Origin: Octopus vulgaris
Lineage: Eukaryota
DNA length: 64,000 bases
NCBI GenBank assembly: GCA_951406725.2
Contig: OX597816.1
Coordinates: forward strand, 65,038,001-65,102,000
Direction: 5' to 3'
The notes under the pieces: generated by a model
What the model was told of the DNA's origin: nothing
What the model saw: only the letters and a program-made list of their open reading frames with translations
Databases searched by the model: none
Program-made: the position numbers and the translations under genes
In this document: positions 13,170-25,523 of the stretch, piece by piece
Layout of the letters: every line of letters begins with the position of its first letter
How positions within the stretch are numbered: the first letter of the stretch is position 1

Positions 13170-13375
13170 ATCCAAACAAGAAAACACAGAAAAAAAACAC
13201 AGCAACGCGAGGACGTGGAACAATTAAAGTATTATTTGACGCTCAGGAAAGAAGGGAAGGAGGGTTTAACGTTTCGAGCGGAGCTCTTCGTCGGAAACAA
13301 AGGAGAAGGAAAGATCCCGAGAAGGGAAGACAGAGGAAAATATTTTTTTTGCTGGTGGTGCTCAAGAAATCACAT
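13166..13375 (-). mobile_element. family P2 Penelope-like short element with HHR at 13264-13298
   Basis: Minus strand: GTTT-CCGACGA-A-GAGC-TCC-GCTC-GAAA-CG-TT-AAAC. Near-identical to 32698-32890. Flanked by (TA)n. Confidence 0.75.
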
Positions 13376-13725
13376 GTTGAAAGATATATATATATATATA
13401 TATATACGCGCGTGTATGTGTGTATGTATGTTTGTGTGTGTGCATATATAAATTCTCATACCCCTGCATATAGAGATGTATGTCTACATGTATGTTTCTG
13501 TGTTTCCATGAGTGTATGAGTATCACTGTTGGATAGTCTAAGATTATGAGACTAAATGCTAGCAACTCTATAGGTTTTATTCAATATTTGCCTTGCCTCT
13601 CTGCACGTCGATCAAATATCATATATGTGTTGTTGGGCTTCGTCATATTAAATACTTAACCAACTTCTACTAATATTTGTGGTCTTCTGCCAGGTTTTGA
13701 ATAAATATTTGATACGGTAAATAAG

Positions 13726-13916
<191 letters not shown>

Positions 13917-14199
13917 TACAAAATATTTATCGTTGGCATCCATCACATTCTAATTGTACAATTATTTCATAATTGCAATAAGGTAGATTTCAGAATCTTT
14001 TGTGGTATTATTTACAGAGCAAATAATGTTGCGTATAATTTTCATAGATACTACGGCTGCTTGTTTAAAGTAGAAAAACAAAATTAAATTAATTATGTAT
14101 CCACAATAATTACTTCTGCAACTAAGCATATACTAAGACACGTATGCGGTCAAAGTCCTACAACGTGCTCAAATCAGCAGTTATCCTCACTGCTTCCAG

Positions 14200-15000
14200 A
14201 ACTTTGAATATGCTTACAGACTAGTTAACGCCAGTTACGTTTTTTACAGCAGCCGCTTTGTCTATCGCCCCCATCGCGTTCAGTTGACGACCATAATATT
14301 CAGATCAGCTAACAGCGTGTTTGTATTCTTTATTCAGACATCAGTTTTTAATAAACAAACTTCCTTATTTCATCATCTATATATTATTCGAAACTCCATT
14401 CGACACGAAGTATGTTGCAAAGCAACAGCATTTAAAAATGCGCCACGTTAGTTTTCAAGCGTCATGTCTTATATCCATAGAGAAGGGTGGAGTATATGTA
14501 GTCTTTTTTTTTCTTTTAGAATCCCTTATTTTCTTATGTATACAGTTCTTTTATCTTTCTTTTGAAACTATATATTCTAACCGTCGACATTATATCATCA
14601 CACCGAGTAGTGGTCAAAAACCATTTTAGTTGTATGTTCATGGTAATCGATACCATTCTCTTCACCTCTTGTAATCATTTGACAAAATCTTTCCGTAATA
14701 TATTGTTCCTTATTGTTAAATCTCCGCTGAAAACAACAGATTCCGTTCTGATTTTCCTTTTCTATGAGTCCTGCGACTTCTTATTTGCAATTGTATTTTC
14801 TTCTTTAACGTATTTCCAAATCCGACTTAGAACTTTCTGTACTGAGAAAAAAGCATTTCGTTTCATGTACGCCGGATCTTGTTTATTAATTTTATCTATA
14901 ATGACTTTGCAGATCACGAATTCCAGAGTTTGTGAGGCAAACTATCGGAAATGTAGACAATTTTTAATACCCCCATCGGTTAACCTAATCAGTTATTACA
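14200..15000 (-). pseudogene. highly degenerate RTE-like LINE RT remnant
   Basis: The minus strand gives YIYSTLLYGYKT* (cf. STLLYG.ETW), NILRVEW and NGIDYHEHTTKM (cf. GL.IN..KTK.M). Confidence 0.5.
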
Positions 15001-15474
15001 TTTGGACTTGATTTTAGTCCGTGATGTCGTATTATATTGATGCTTATATTATGATTCTACAAAGTCATAAATTTGCTTTAATCATAAGTTAAATTCAAAT
15101 AAATACTCCGTTATATATAGAAGCGTATATAAATATTTTATTCAGCTTACGATTCAATAGCTGCTGCTTTTTAGCCCTAAATCTGACATGGCTGAGCAGA
15201 AGTATTATCCACACGTCTATTTTCCCAGACGGTGTTCTCTGGACTACATGTGGCGTTCGTCCTTGAAAGCGTAGCTTGAAGATATAGTTGTTAGCACTAG
15301 TAAATCAAACGGCCACAGACTAACTGAGAGGTGGCCGCTCTCAGCACACACAGGTCCATTGTTTTGTTACTTTATATAACAAACAGTGGAATATGTTTTA
15401 GTACTGTAAGAATAACTAGCTAATATGTAAGATAATGTTAAGCTTTTGATCTGAGTATATGATAAATGGTATAT

Positions 15475-15511
15475 GATAATACCGGACTAGTAAATCTAGT
15501 CCGGTATTATC
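15475..15511. repeat. perfect 16-bp-stem hairpin
   Basis: GATAATACCGGACTAG-TAAAT-CTAGTCCGGTATTATC. Confidence 0.95.
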
Positions 15512-15584
15512 CGCACAGCTCGAAGTAAGGTGAATAAAAAGCAAATGCGTAACAATGATGTCGTGGTACTAGTGTATTACGACA

Positions 15585-16047
15585 GTTTCAGGCGGCTCCT
15601 TTTAATCGAACAATGAAGCATTACATTAGATGGAAATACACCGCCATCTTTGGATGCAAAATATAGATTTTCAACTGACAGGATATTCCATTATAATTTT
15701 TAGCAAATATTTTACCAGAATTAGAGAATGAAAGAATTTCATATTGCTACTATTGTAGCAGAATAAACTTGGATAGAAAAACATTACCAACCCATGAGAC
15801 CCACTGTTATCCTCTTCTGCCACTCTAAATTGTAGTTGGAGTATTTTATAAATCTAAGTTAATTCTGCTACAATAATAGCAACATGGAATTCTTTCATTT
15901 TCTTGTTCTGATGAACCATTTGCCAAAAATCATAATGGAGTGTCCTATCTGTTGAAAACCATTTTTTTTTTTTGCATCGGAAGATGGCGCCGTATTTCAT
16001 ATTGATGTAATACTTGCACTGTTCGATTAAATGGAGCCGCCAGAAAC
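15585..16047. mobile_element. old palindromic MITE-like fold-back (~205-bp diverged arms)
   Basis: 15585-15791 is inverted against 15835-16047 (GTTTC.GGCGGCTCC.TTTAATCGAACA vs TGTTCGATTAAATGGAGCCGCCAGAAAC). Confidence 0.8.
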
Positions 16048-16093
16048 AGCCATGGCGCATTAATACCTTCACATCCTTGTTGTTTATTTGTCT

Positions 16094-16183
<90 letters not shown>

Positions 16184-16596
16184 TACACACGCACATATGT
16201 ATAATTAACATAGACAGCAGTGTGCAGTGTTTTACCAAAAAAGAAAACTGTAATTATCACTACTGTGATAATTATGACTAGTGTGATAGAAATACCTGCA
16301 TTGCAAGAAATAAGAGCTGCAATGCTCTAATTCTATTAACAGTTGCAAGAGGAATTTGAAGCTTTTCGGCCAACAATACGACCTCTTTGAGAAACTGACA
16401 GGTCTCGTTATTTTTTTTTGTTTTTGTGCGTGGCGTGGTTACTTTTCGCAAATGTTTAATATAATGGCACCTGGAATGAAAAGCATTAATTACCTTGTAA
16501 ACTCTACACCGCTGAAAACAGATTAAGACGCTTAAACCAGAAATTTTGAAAATTAAAGGTATCTATTTACTTCCTGCATGTTTGTACATATATATA

Positions 16597-16653
<57 letters not shown>

Positions 16654-16924
16654 ATGTATATATATATATATTGAATAGAAAGATTATATGTGCAGATCAG
16701 CAGGATAGCAATGTATATTTTAATTTTTCATTCCGATGAACTAACGAATACAGAAAGATTATTTTTGAAAAGGGATTCCCAAATAAAGAGTAGATAAAAA
16801 GGGCATCATACAACGAATACAAACAAGAGTAGAGGATGCCAAAAATATTGCTCAAACACAATTTTTATTGTAGGATTCTGCGAAGAATTATGTCATGTTC
16901 ATCTCCTTCGGTTATGATGATGCG

Positions 16925-17420
16925 AGCCGACTCGTTATCGTGCAAGTGGCTCAGCACTCCATAAGTGCGCATGCCCATAACATAGTTCTCAAGGAGATTC
17001 CGTTTGACAAAGAATGTGACAATGTTAGTATTTTGAAATACAGTTATAATTCATTTTAGCCAACTGAGTGAACTGGAGCTACGTGACAAAAAAGTGTCTT
17101 GCTTGAGGTCACAACGCACGACCAGGAATCGAACTCACGATCGTGAGCCAAATGCCTCAAGCTCTAAACCTATTTCTTTACTAACCACAAAGGGCTAAAC
17201 GCAGAGGGGACAAATAAACGGATTAAGTCGATTATATCGACCCCAGTGCGTAACTGGAACTTATGTAATCGACCCCGAATGGATGAAAGGCAAAATCGAC
17301 CTCGGCGGAATTTGAACTCAGAACGTACTGGCAGACGAAATACGGCTACGCATTTCGCCCGGCGTGCTAACGTTTCTGCCAGCTCGCCGCCTTTCACGCT
17401 CTAAACCATGCGCTTCCACA
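16925..17420 (-). mobile_element. SINE family S2 copy interrupted by an S1 SINE
   Basis: Homologous to 35649-35893 and 39890-40259. The tRNA head is split around 17169-17397. Confidence 0.7.
17169..17397 (-). mobile_element. full-length SINE family S1 with target-site duplication
   Basis: GGCGGCGAGCTGGCAGAAACGTTAGCACGCCGGGCG head on the minus strand. GCTCTAAACC is duplicated at 17161-17170 and 17398-17407. Confidence 0.9.
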
Positions 17421-18947
17421 TGCTTTTATAGCAAATGATCATTAAAATGATACGGCACGTTCAATATTTAATATAGTGTTTTCGAATTAGGAAATGACTA
17501 CTTGGAATTGTTATGTTTTATCAAGAGAAGTTCGTGAACAGGTTTAGCTTTATTGCAAGATTTAAGAAGACAATAAGAAATACTTCGGCTTAAGTTTTTT
17601 TTTTCTCTCTGCTAAAATAGATAACTTTGCTCCCAAAGTAAATATCTTCAGTTCTATCGATATCATTAAGACCTCCAATTTCAGATTCTTTACATTTTTC
17701 GAGGGGGGAAAACTAATGATTTAGTCTTCGTGGGCAGTACTAATAAATACCTGCGTCGCTCACTCACGGAAAGGGATTGGTTACTATGGAGAGACAATAA
17801 ATACTTTCCAACATTAATTATATCTTAGGCGCAAATTTCGGTATTAAACGTCGTATAGACCAGTATTAAGAATAAAATTAGTTCAAAAATCTTTGCGCTA
17901 AAGCGACATTTAATTATCTTTAGGTGATATGTATTTAGGTTATACATAGTTTACTATATCGATTTTAATCCAAATACAAGTTAAATTAGCATGGAACTTC
18001 TAAAATCATCTTAAATACCACTTATAAGAAAATCTGAAAACATCTACGTACAATTTTAGAAATAAATTCTACCGTCGTTCAATACCATATTATTAAACGG
18101 TGGCTTGCCTAAGTCTCTCAATCTGTGACCTACATTTCTCTATCAGAGTAAAGATTCTTTTTCTTTTTTCATTTATTATTACCATTCGATATTTGTAAAT
18201 ATATTGGTAGCACACCAATTAAATAGCAGGAAAGAAAATCGATTATATTAATACAATATGTGTGTGTGTATATATGTATATAATCGTTCCTGAGCGTGTT
18301 AACACGTGTGTAGCTGCGAACATTTCCGTTTTACATCCTGTAAAGATAGTTTCTGATTTATAGTTTTGCACACATCCTCTTATTACAGTTTTGAACTAGA
18401 TAACAACATTACCAGAAAGTGTGTTTTGATAGCAACCCCCCCCCCCCCCATTTTACTCTATCACTGTTGGCAACGTCTAGAGGATATAAAGAAATAAACA
18501 TTCTCTAATTGTTGTGTCAAAACACACGAAATTAAATATTAATTTTCTGCATTTTTGTTACTTTATTTTTGATTTCACACATTTGTAATTTCTTTCTTCC
18601 ATTCCATTATTAATCCTATTATAATTGCTTTATCTCACGTGATGTATTTTTAATGTATAAATTCATAATAGAAAGTTGATTGATAATTTATTCAAAAGTC
18701 CGAACTTTCTATTCAATTCCTCAATCATTTCATTTTAATGAACTGGTATTGATAAACATAGAAATAATTTTTATGGTTATAATTTTATATTTTATGCATT
18801 GGACACTAATTTAGCATACGTATTTTTATTTTATAATATCATAAGTTATAGTGGTAAAAAATCTTTGTAAATCGATTCACCATTATAGACCCTATTCCCC
18901 TTTCAATCTGACATATTTCTCTTAGATTTGATATTTCACTAAGATCA

Positions 18948-19160
18948 AGGTGGTGAGCTTACAGAATCTTTAGCACGCTGATCGAAAAGCTTAACGGCAT
19001 TTCGTCCGTCTTTATATTCTGAGTTAAAATTCTGCCAAGGTCGACTTCGTCTTTCACCTTTTCGAGTTCGATAAAATAAGTATCAGTTGAGTACTTGGGT
19101 CGATATAATTGACTATTTCCTCCCACGAAATTGCTGACCTTGTGCCAAAATTCTAAACCA
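18948..19160 (+). mobile_element. diverged SINE family S1 copy
   Basis: GGTGGTGAGCT...AATTCTGCCAAGGTCGACTT.GTCTTTCA.CTTTTCGAG.TCGATAAAATAAGT. Confidence 0.8.
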
Positions 19161-19179
19161 ATATTTCACTGAGATAGAT

Positions 19180-20010
19180 AGCTTCATATGCTATGGGCTT
19201 TCCAGATTGAATGTCCCTATCTTTACTGAGTGGAGACAGACATGAATAGTGAGATCAACGTTTCTGGCATTCAGCTTTGAAGCCAATATTTTTCTCATTC
19301 GCCGCAGGCACATTTTCTTTGTCTTTTTTGTCTTCATATCATTGTATTTAATTCCATCTACTTCAAGTATTACCAGATATTTATAACTGGACTGAGATTG
19401 AATTGCCTTCATTATTTCACCACTTCGCATCCATATGCTATGCTTTCTGTCCTGACAATTCGTCTCATACCACCGTAACACATTTTGAGAGTCCAAACAC
19501 CATCTTGATATCATTCGAGAAACTCCGCACTGTCTGGACTAGGCTATTCAGTCCTGGCTCACTTTTTGCGAACATCTTCAAGCCGTCAATGTATAGCAAG
19601 GGGCTCAGTTTTCTCTTATCACTTCCCAGATCATACCCCAACTTTGTCTTTTGTGGTATGTATCATCATTATTATTATTATTTTCATATACACTCAACAG
19701 ATTAGACTTTTAGAAAAGAAAGGAATTCTAACATCGGGCTACAGCAAGTAACCTTAGATGCCAAGAACCCTCCTAAGTATCCTAGCTGTCCCTAATAACA
19801 CCGTTTTCTGGAGATGTACTTTTCTCTATCCATTTGTTCAGATAGTTAGGGATAGTTCACAGTGCAACTACAAGGATACATTTTACCCGCATAATCCAGT
19901 CACTGTTATTCAATAGTTAGATCCTAGTACTTTGCTAATTTTTCTATACCTGGCATATGAATGTTTTCATCATTTGGGACTGTGAAGTCAATTATCTGGC
20001 ATTTACTATT
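19180..20010 (-). pseudogene. R4/Dong-type LINE fragments (RT domain and C-terminus)
   Basis: Minus strand: LLYIDGLKMF (cf. YMDDLKLF), SYKYLVILEVDGIK, RRMRKILASKLNARN, and separately HLQKTVLLGTARILRRVLGI*. Confidence 0.75.
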
Positions 20011-20036
20011 CTCTTTATCTACTACTACTACTACTT

Positions 20037-20072
<36 letters not shown>

Positions 20073-20237
20073 ATACTACTACTACTATACTACTACTACT
20101 GCTACTATCAAATCAGGCTTTCTATTACTCTGCCAGGTCCCATAACATCTTGTATTTTTTACTTTCTAGTACTTTACTAGGTTCGTATTCTTCTTCTTCT
20201 ACTTCTTCTCCTTCCTTTTCTTTTTCTTCGTCTTCTT

Positions 20238-20306
<69 letters not shown>

Positions 20307-20307
20307 G

Positions 20308-21470
20308 AGTTAGAGAGCAGTGCATGCCATCGTAGTGACATTGGAGTAAAATATACGAAGCCCAGTCTACCCATCATGACTATCCGTCTGATAAGGGTAC
20401 ACTAGGCTCATGCATCACAACCATATGTGCGCGACATGGTGATCTCATATCAAGATAAACAGCGCTTGATCTTGCAGGTGGGGCTCAGAATTTTCTTCAG
20501 GTCGAGTAACCCATCCCACTCAAAAGGTCTCTGAATAAGGTTTGTTTAAGGATGTAGAACTAAACCCCCATGTTTCCAAAGGTGAATTATTCAAACCCCA
20601 AAGAATCCCCCTCGACACATGGCTATGAAGCTCCACCACTACTTCTGCTCGTGATCAGAGATGCACATATCTCCACATATTCTGCAGTTACTTGTTATGT
20701 TTCTTTTCATTACATGTTTTTGGTAATTTCTGGTGGGGAGTCTTTGGTCTTGTGCTGCAATTAAAAATCCCTCTGTCTCTGCTTTGAGTCCAGAGCTTCT
20801 CAACCATTGCTGTGATCTTTTTCTGTCTATTTCTTTTGCATTTAGTTTAGCCCAGTATTTGCCATGAAGGGGCTTTTCTTGCCATCGTTTGATCATGGTC
20901 CGTTGCTGTTCAAGTTTTAGTTTGGATTTCATTTGTTTTATAGCTTTTGTTGTTTCTTCTTCTTCATATTTGTTAGGTAGTATGATTTCTTGTTTATATT
21001 TGTCAGCTTCCTTAAATACTGAGAATTGATTTTTGTTTTGCTCGTGTTTTGCGGCTATTTGTATCAGTTTTCTTTGCTTCTGAAGTAGGTATAATTTTCA
21101 GTCCTATGGTGGTTATTTTATTATAGTTTCCCAGCAGTATAAGGCCTCTACCACCTTCTATACGTTGTATACATAGCCTTTCTATGTCAGATTTTGGGTG
21201 ATGCATCCTAGATCCTGTCATTATTTTTCTTGTTTTCCTGTCTATTTTGGTTAATTCATTTAGTCTCCAGTTAAGGATATTGTAGCTTTAACTTATAACT
21301 GGGACGGCTAAACTGTTAATACCTATTATCTTGTTTTTAGCATTGAGCTCTGTTTTTATTATTCATCTAACTCGTCTATAGTATTCTTTCTTTATTTTCT
21401 CTTTCATTTGTGTGTGTTGTATCATATCTAGTTCCTGGATTCTTAAATATTTGTAAGGCTGGCTTTGGTC
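20308..21470 (-). mobile_element. R4/Dong-type LINE, 5'-truncated and internally deleted, inserted in (TTA)n
   Basis: QPYKYL.IQELD, KEKIKKEYYRRVR, HHPKSDIERL..RIEGGRGL, WQEKPLHGKY, WLRSSGLKAETEGFLIAAQDQ, CRICGD. The ORF is then fused to the putative 3' UTR (20308-20670), which is homologous to 29402-29897. Confidence 0.85.
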
Positions 21471-21516
21471 TATTATTATTATTATTATTATTATTATCAT
21501 TATTATTATTTTTATT

Positions 21517-21589
<73 letters not shown>

Positions 21590-21768
21590 GTAGTAGTAGT
21601 AGTAGTAGTAGTTTTATTACTACTACTACTATTACTACGACTACTTCTACTACTACTATTAAAAACATTATTATTATCATTATTATTATTATATTTATTT
21701 TCATTGTTATTATCATTATAATTATTATTATTATTATTATTATTAATATTATTATTATTATTATTATT
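21471..21768. repeat. (TTA)n/(TAG)n/(CTA)n microsatellite block
   Basis: Direct reading. Confidence 0.95.
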
Positions 21769-21799
21769 TTCTCTCATTCAGTATATCCTTATTGTTCTG

Positions 21800-22340
21800 G
21801 CTATAATGGATTGCTAGGTATCAAGCTGCATACTGCATCTCGGTTCTCCAGAAATGTTCTTATGGTTCCTGATATGACAAGCAAATCAGCTTTCTGTAAA
21901 TCATGAACCTTTCTATCAACCTTCTCAAGATTTACCTTTGTCCAGTTGATTATTCCTGCACTATAAATGATGACGGTTACTGTTCTTGAGTTTATGGTAA
22001 TGATGGCATTATACAAATATCATCATAACTTTACATTTTAATATCCTCCTTATCCTTCGGAAATATTCTCCTCGCGATTTGTCATTCATTATTGCATCGT
22101 ATATACAATCAACTCCCAGATATTTATATACATAATCTGTATCAATCTCTTGTGGCTTCTCGTTCGGTAGATTTATTCCGTCACTTTTATAGTATTTCAT
22201 TTCGCCCTAGCAATTAGAAATACCATACTCCAATTTGATGCCATTGCTAAATTGACAAGGGTATCCAAGTCTCTCTCTGTCTTGCGATATAACTTTAGGT
22301 CATCCGTGAATAACAAATGGCTAACAATCATCTCGTCTTT
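21800..22340 (-). pseudogene. R4/Dong-type LINE RT remnant
   Basis: VSHLLFTDDLKLY, YVYKYLGV, GEYFRRIRRILKCK, AIITINS..V..IIYSAGIINWTK..LEKVDRK. Confidence 0.8.
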
Positions 22341-23479
22341 CGTTATTCGGCTTTTAATTTTCTCGATTCTAATGAGAGCGATATAAGAGCAAGGACAAAT
22401 GATAGCTGATATTGCTGTTCTTGTAATTCCTATTGAACTTCTCGTTGTTGGAGATTTGTTAATTTTATCATAAGAGTTATTTCAATGAGTGTTCTTACTC
22501 CACAACCGAGGACTGTCATGTGACTTGTAAAATATCATGTGAACCTTTTTATTGAACTGAGATTTATTTCGTCTTTTTTAATATATTGATAGCTTTCCAA
22601 ATATTGAAATGCGTGCAATGTTTTCTATATGTTGTGGATATTTTGGTAGTCTTGAGGATCAACTTAAGTGTTTAGGTGTTTCTCTGATAACTACCATTAT
22701 AAGTATTATTATATGTCTTGTTACTGTTCACCTCTTAGTCATCTCTGTTTCCAGAGCATTATATCTGGATAGTTTTCCCTCATTTACTTTGGATATTCGT
22801 TCTCGTCACTAAGGGCTGATTTTCAATTTCGAGGCATTTCCTTTACTGTTTGACCTTTAAAATATTATCCAAAGGATAGAAATTGATCCCCGTGTCTGTA
22901 TGAATTAGTGGATTCCTGAGCTTAGTTGATTGATTCAGTATTATCACACTAAATCTTGCGATCATAAAGACAAAATGGAAAAGATAGGGATTTATCAAAA
23001 TAAAAGGGGCAGAAGTAAAAAAAAACAAGATGAAGAAAAATGAAGCCAAATTGGAAGCAATTAAGAAACACAAGATAAACGCCAATAAGCACACCTGGTG
23101 TGGAACGGTTGTTGAAATACAGAGCACTTCGAACATCCACCGAAAAACTGGTGGATATATTGAATCACGTAGAACAAGAAACGTATACTATATTGCTTTC
23201 GGAGGGAAACGGCTTCGAGCTTCTGAAATGATGAAATGTTAATAAAAGGAGCACTGGGCAGTCTATGGAAAGCAAGATAAGAACAATTTAGAAAACTTAA
23301 GATGCATTTAATCTAATTCGATGTCAAAAATGCATATGGTTGACTTCGAGGTACATGTTTCCAGGATAAAAATACAATCACGTGACTCCCACGTGAACAT
23401 CGGCCATCATTCTTTCTCTCCGTTGTAACTGTTACAAGGAAGACGTGTTCTTGTTTTCTCCTTCCCAAGCTTGATTTAC

Positions 23480-23820
23480 GCATTCGCCACCACAACCACG
23501 TTTAGGCATAGCAGCCCTTCCTGTTTGTTTTCACTGTCCTGTTTGTGTTACCAATTTTACCCCTCCGCAAAATCCCCAATTTTATCTAATTTGCTTTGCG
23601 GGAGCAAATGTTTTATCGAAAGCGTTTATTGTTGTTAAATGCTCGAAATACGAGACTAGAAAAACAGCCAACAACTGATGAAGGGTCGGTCTTTATGGTG
23701 TTTGTTTTGTTTTCCATTTGTGCTTTTCGTTGTTCGAAAGAATAGTTCATGTTCCATGTACTCGTGCTTCGTATATTTTTTTGTACACGTCTCATGACGT
23801 CCTGTGCCCACATATGCATA
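23480..23820 (+). mobile_element. family P5 Penelope-like terminal fragment
   Basis: CAACTGATGAAGGG...GTTCGAAAG...GTCCTGTGCCCACATATGCAT, homologous to 55350-55525 and 55660-55830. Ends in a TA-rich tract. Confidence 0.5.
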
Positions 23821-24962
23821 TACACGTATAGATGTAACTATGTACGTATACGTATGTATATATGCATATATATATATATATATATATTATTTATATCATA
23901 AATATATATACATATTTATGTATATATATATATATATATATATAGGCATATATATATGGTAAGGAGGTTGCCTCCCTTGTCAGTTCAAATAGAATCTGCT
24001 TAATTATTTTATATAATCTTCACATTGCCATTTTGCGGAATCAACCACTGATTCCTATGGTATTTTCTATGAATGCTGACAGGCGAACGTTCAGCTTCAC
24101 CAATTGCAATGGAGTAAGCATTATTGATGAGTAATAATTTCTATTCGAAATTAGCATCTCGCTCGCGGTGGGGATGTTGTCTCCCCTGTCAGGTTCACAT
24201 CAACATGTACTTTCTGTGGCTAAAGTATTTATGACTTTTATTTCTAGCAATATTGTTGCTCTTTGAATCCTTGGTCGCTTTTTAGTAATAGTGAATTATT
24301 TACTTTTTGGGTCGAATCGTCTAGCCACCTTAATAATATGAGTGCACGTCTGTGTGTGTGTGTACTTAGCTTTCGGGTAGTAATAATTTTTGATTGTAAT
24401 TCCTACAACGTACACTCATTTATGTAAGTGATATCAATATTTTCACCTGTTTTCACCAAGTATACGATGTCAGCATTTACATTTGTTATAGTTGTATTTT
24501 ATCATTAAATTTTTTCTCAGACTTATCTTTAGAATAATATCTTGTTAGCGCTAGTTTTAATTCTTTAACTACTTTTCCTATTTAGGTTATTTGACATTTC
24601 CAAAGTTTTCATCTATAGAATACGAAATTATTAAATTTTTCACTTTCATTTATATATTTGTTTGTGTAGTTCTGATTCTGCTTTTCTTGTTCAGTATCTT
24701 ATAGATGTGCTAACGTTATTGCTATTTATTCTCTTTCTGTTTTATATGCTACGTTTATCTTACTGTTTTACGTTCTCAATGTTTATAATTTTAGTATTTT
24801 ATTAACAGTATTCCAATTTTTGTTTTGTTTCTATTACTTTAACATACACTTTCAAACTGTATATTTTCATGTCGGATATAATTTTTCAATTTGAGAATGT
24901 TTTCTTAATTAGCAATTCTACTGAGACCCAAAGGTACTTTTAGATCAGGATTATTTTCTATC

Positions 24963-25017
<55 letters not shown>

Positions 25018-25019
<2 letters not shown>

Positions 25020-25069
25020 TTTGTTTTCCACCTGCCTTCGTCTTTTGTCTATTTTCATAAAGCTTCCCG

Positions 25070-25070
<1 letters not shown>
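25018..25070 (+). mobile_element. ~50-bp 3' tip of family P2 embedded in (TA)n
   Basis: GTTTGTT..CCACCTG.CTTCGTCTTTTGT matches 45246-45300. Confidence 0.7.
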
Positions 25071-25120
<50 letters not shown>

Positions 25121-25148
25121 CATATATATATATTTATATATACATTAT

Positions 25149-25447
25149 ATATATAAAAACTGCAAAATGGCACAAGAACGCAGAACATCCAGACAGTTAT
25201 GTGATACAAAAAAAGGGATAACAAAGTATCCAGATAGACGATACAAAGAAAACAAGGACGGGTCATTCGGAGTTTTCTTTCCTCACTCGAGTTCCAGACT
25301 ATCTTTGCAGAACTCGACTGTGGAAAGAAACCCCCGAATGACCCGTCCTTGTTTTCTTTGTATCGTCCGGATGTTTTGTTGTCCCCTTTTTGTATCACCT
25401 GTCTGGGTGTTTTGCGTACTTGTCCCATTTTGTATTTTTTATATATA
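25149..25447. mobile_element. fold-back palindrome of family P4 terminal repeat
   Basis: 25149-25294 is inverted against 25310-25447, including a perfect 26-bp match (ACGATACAAAGAAAACAAGGACGGGT). TA flanks. Confidence 0.9.
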
Positions 25448-25485
25448 AAACATATAGCGGCGTGCGTACTCTTTGGTCTTATATA

Positions 25486-25523
<38 letters not shown>

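Noticed and set aside
14562-15011. 149-aa plus-strand ORF
   Set aside because: No recognisable motif. It is antisense to an RTE remnant.
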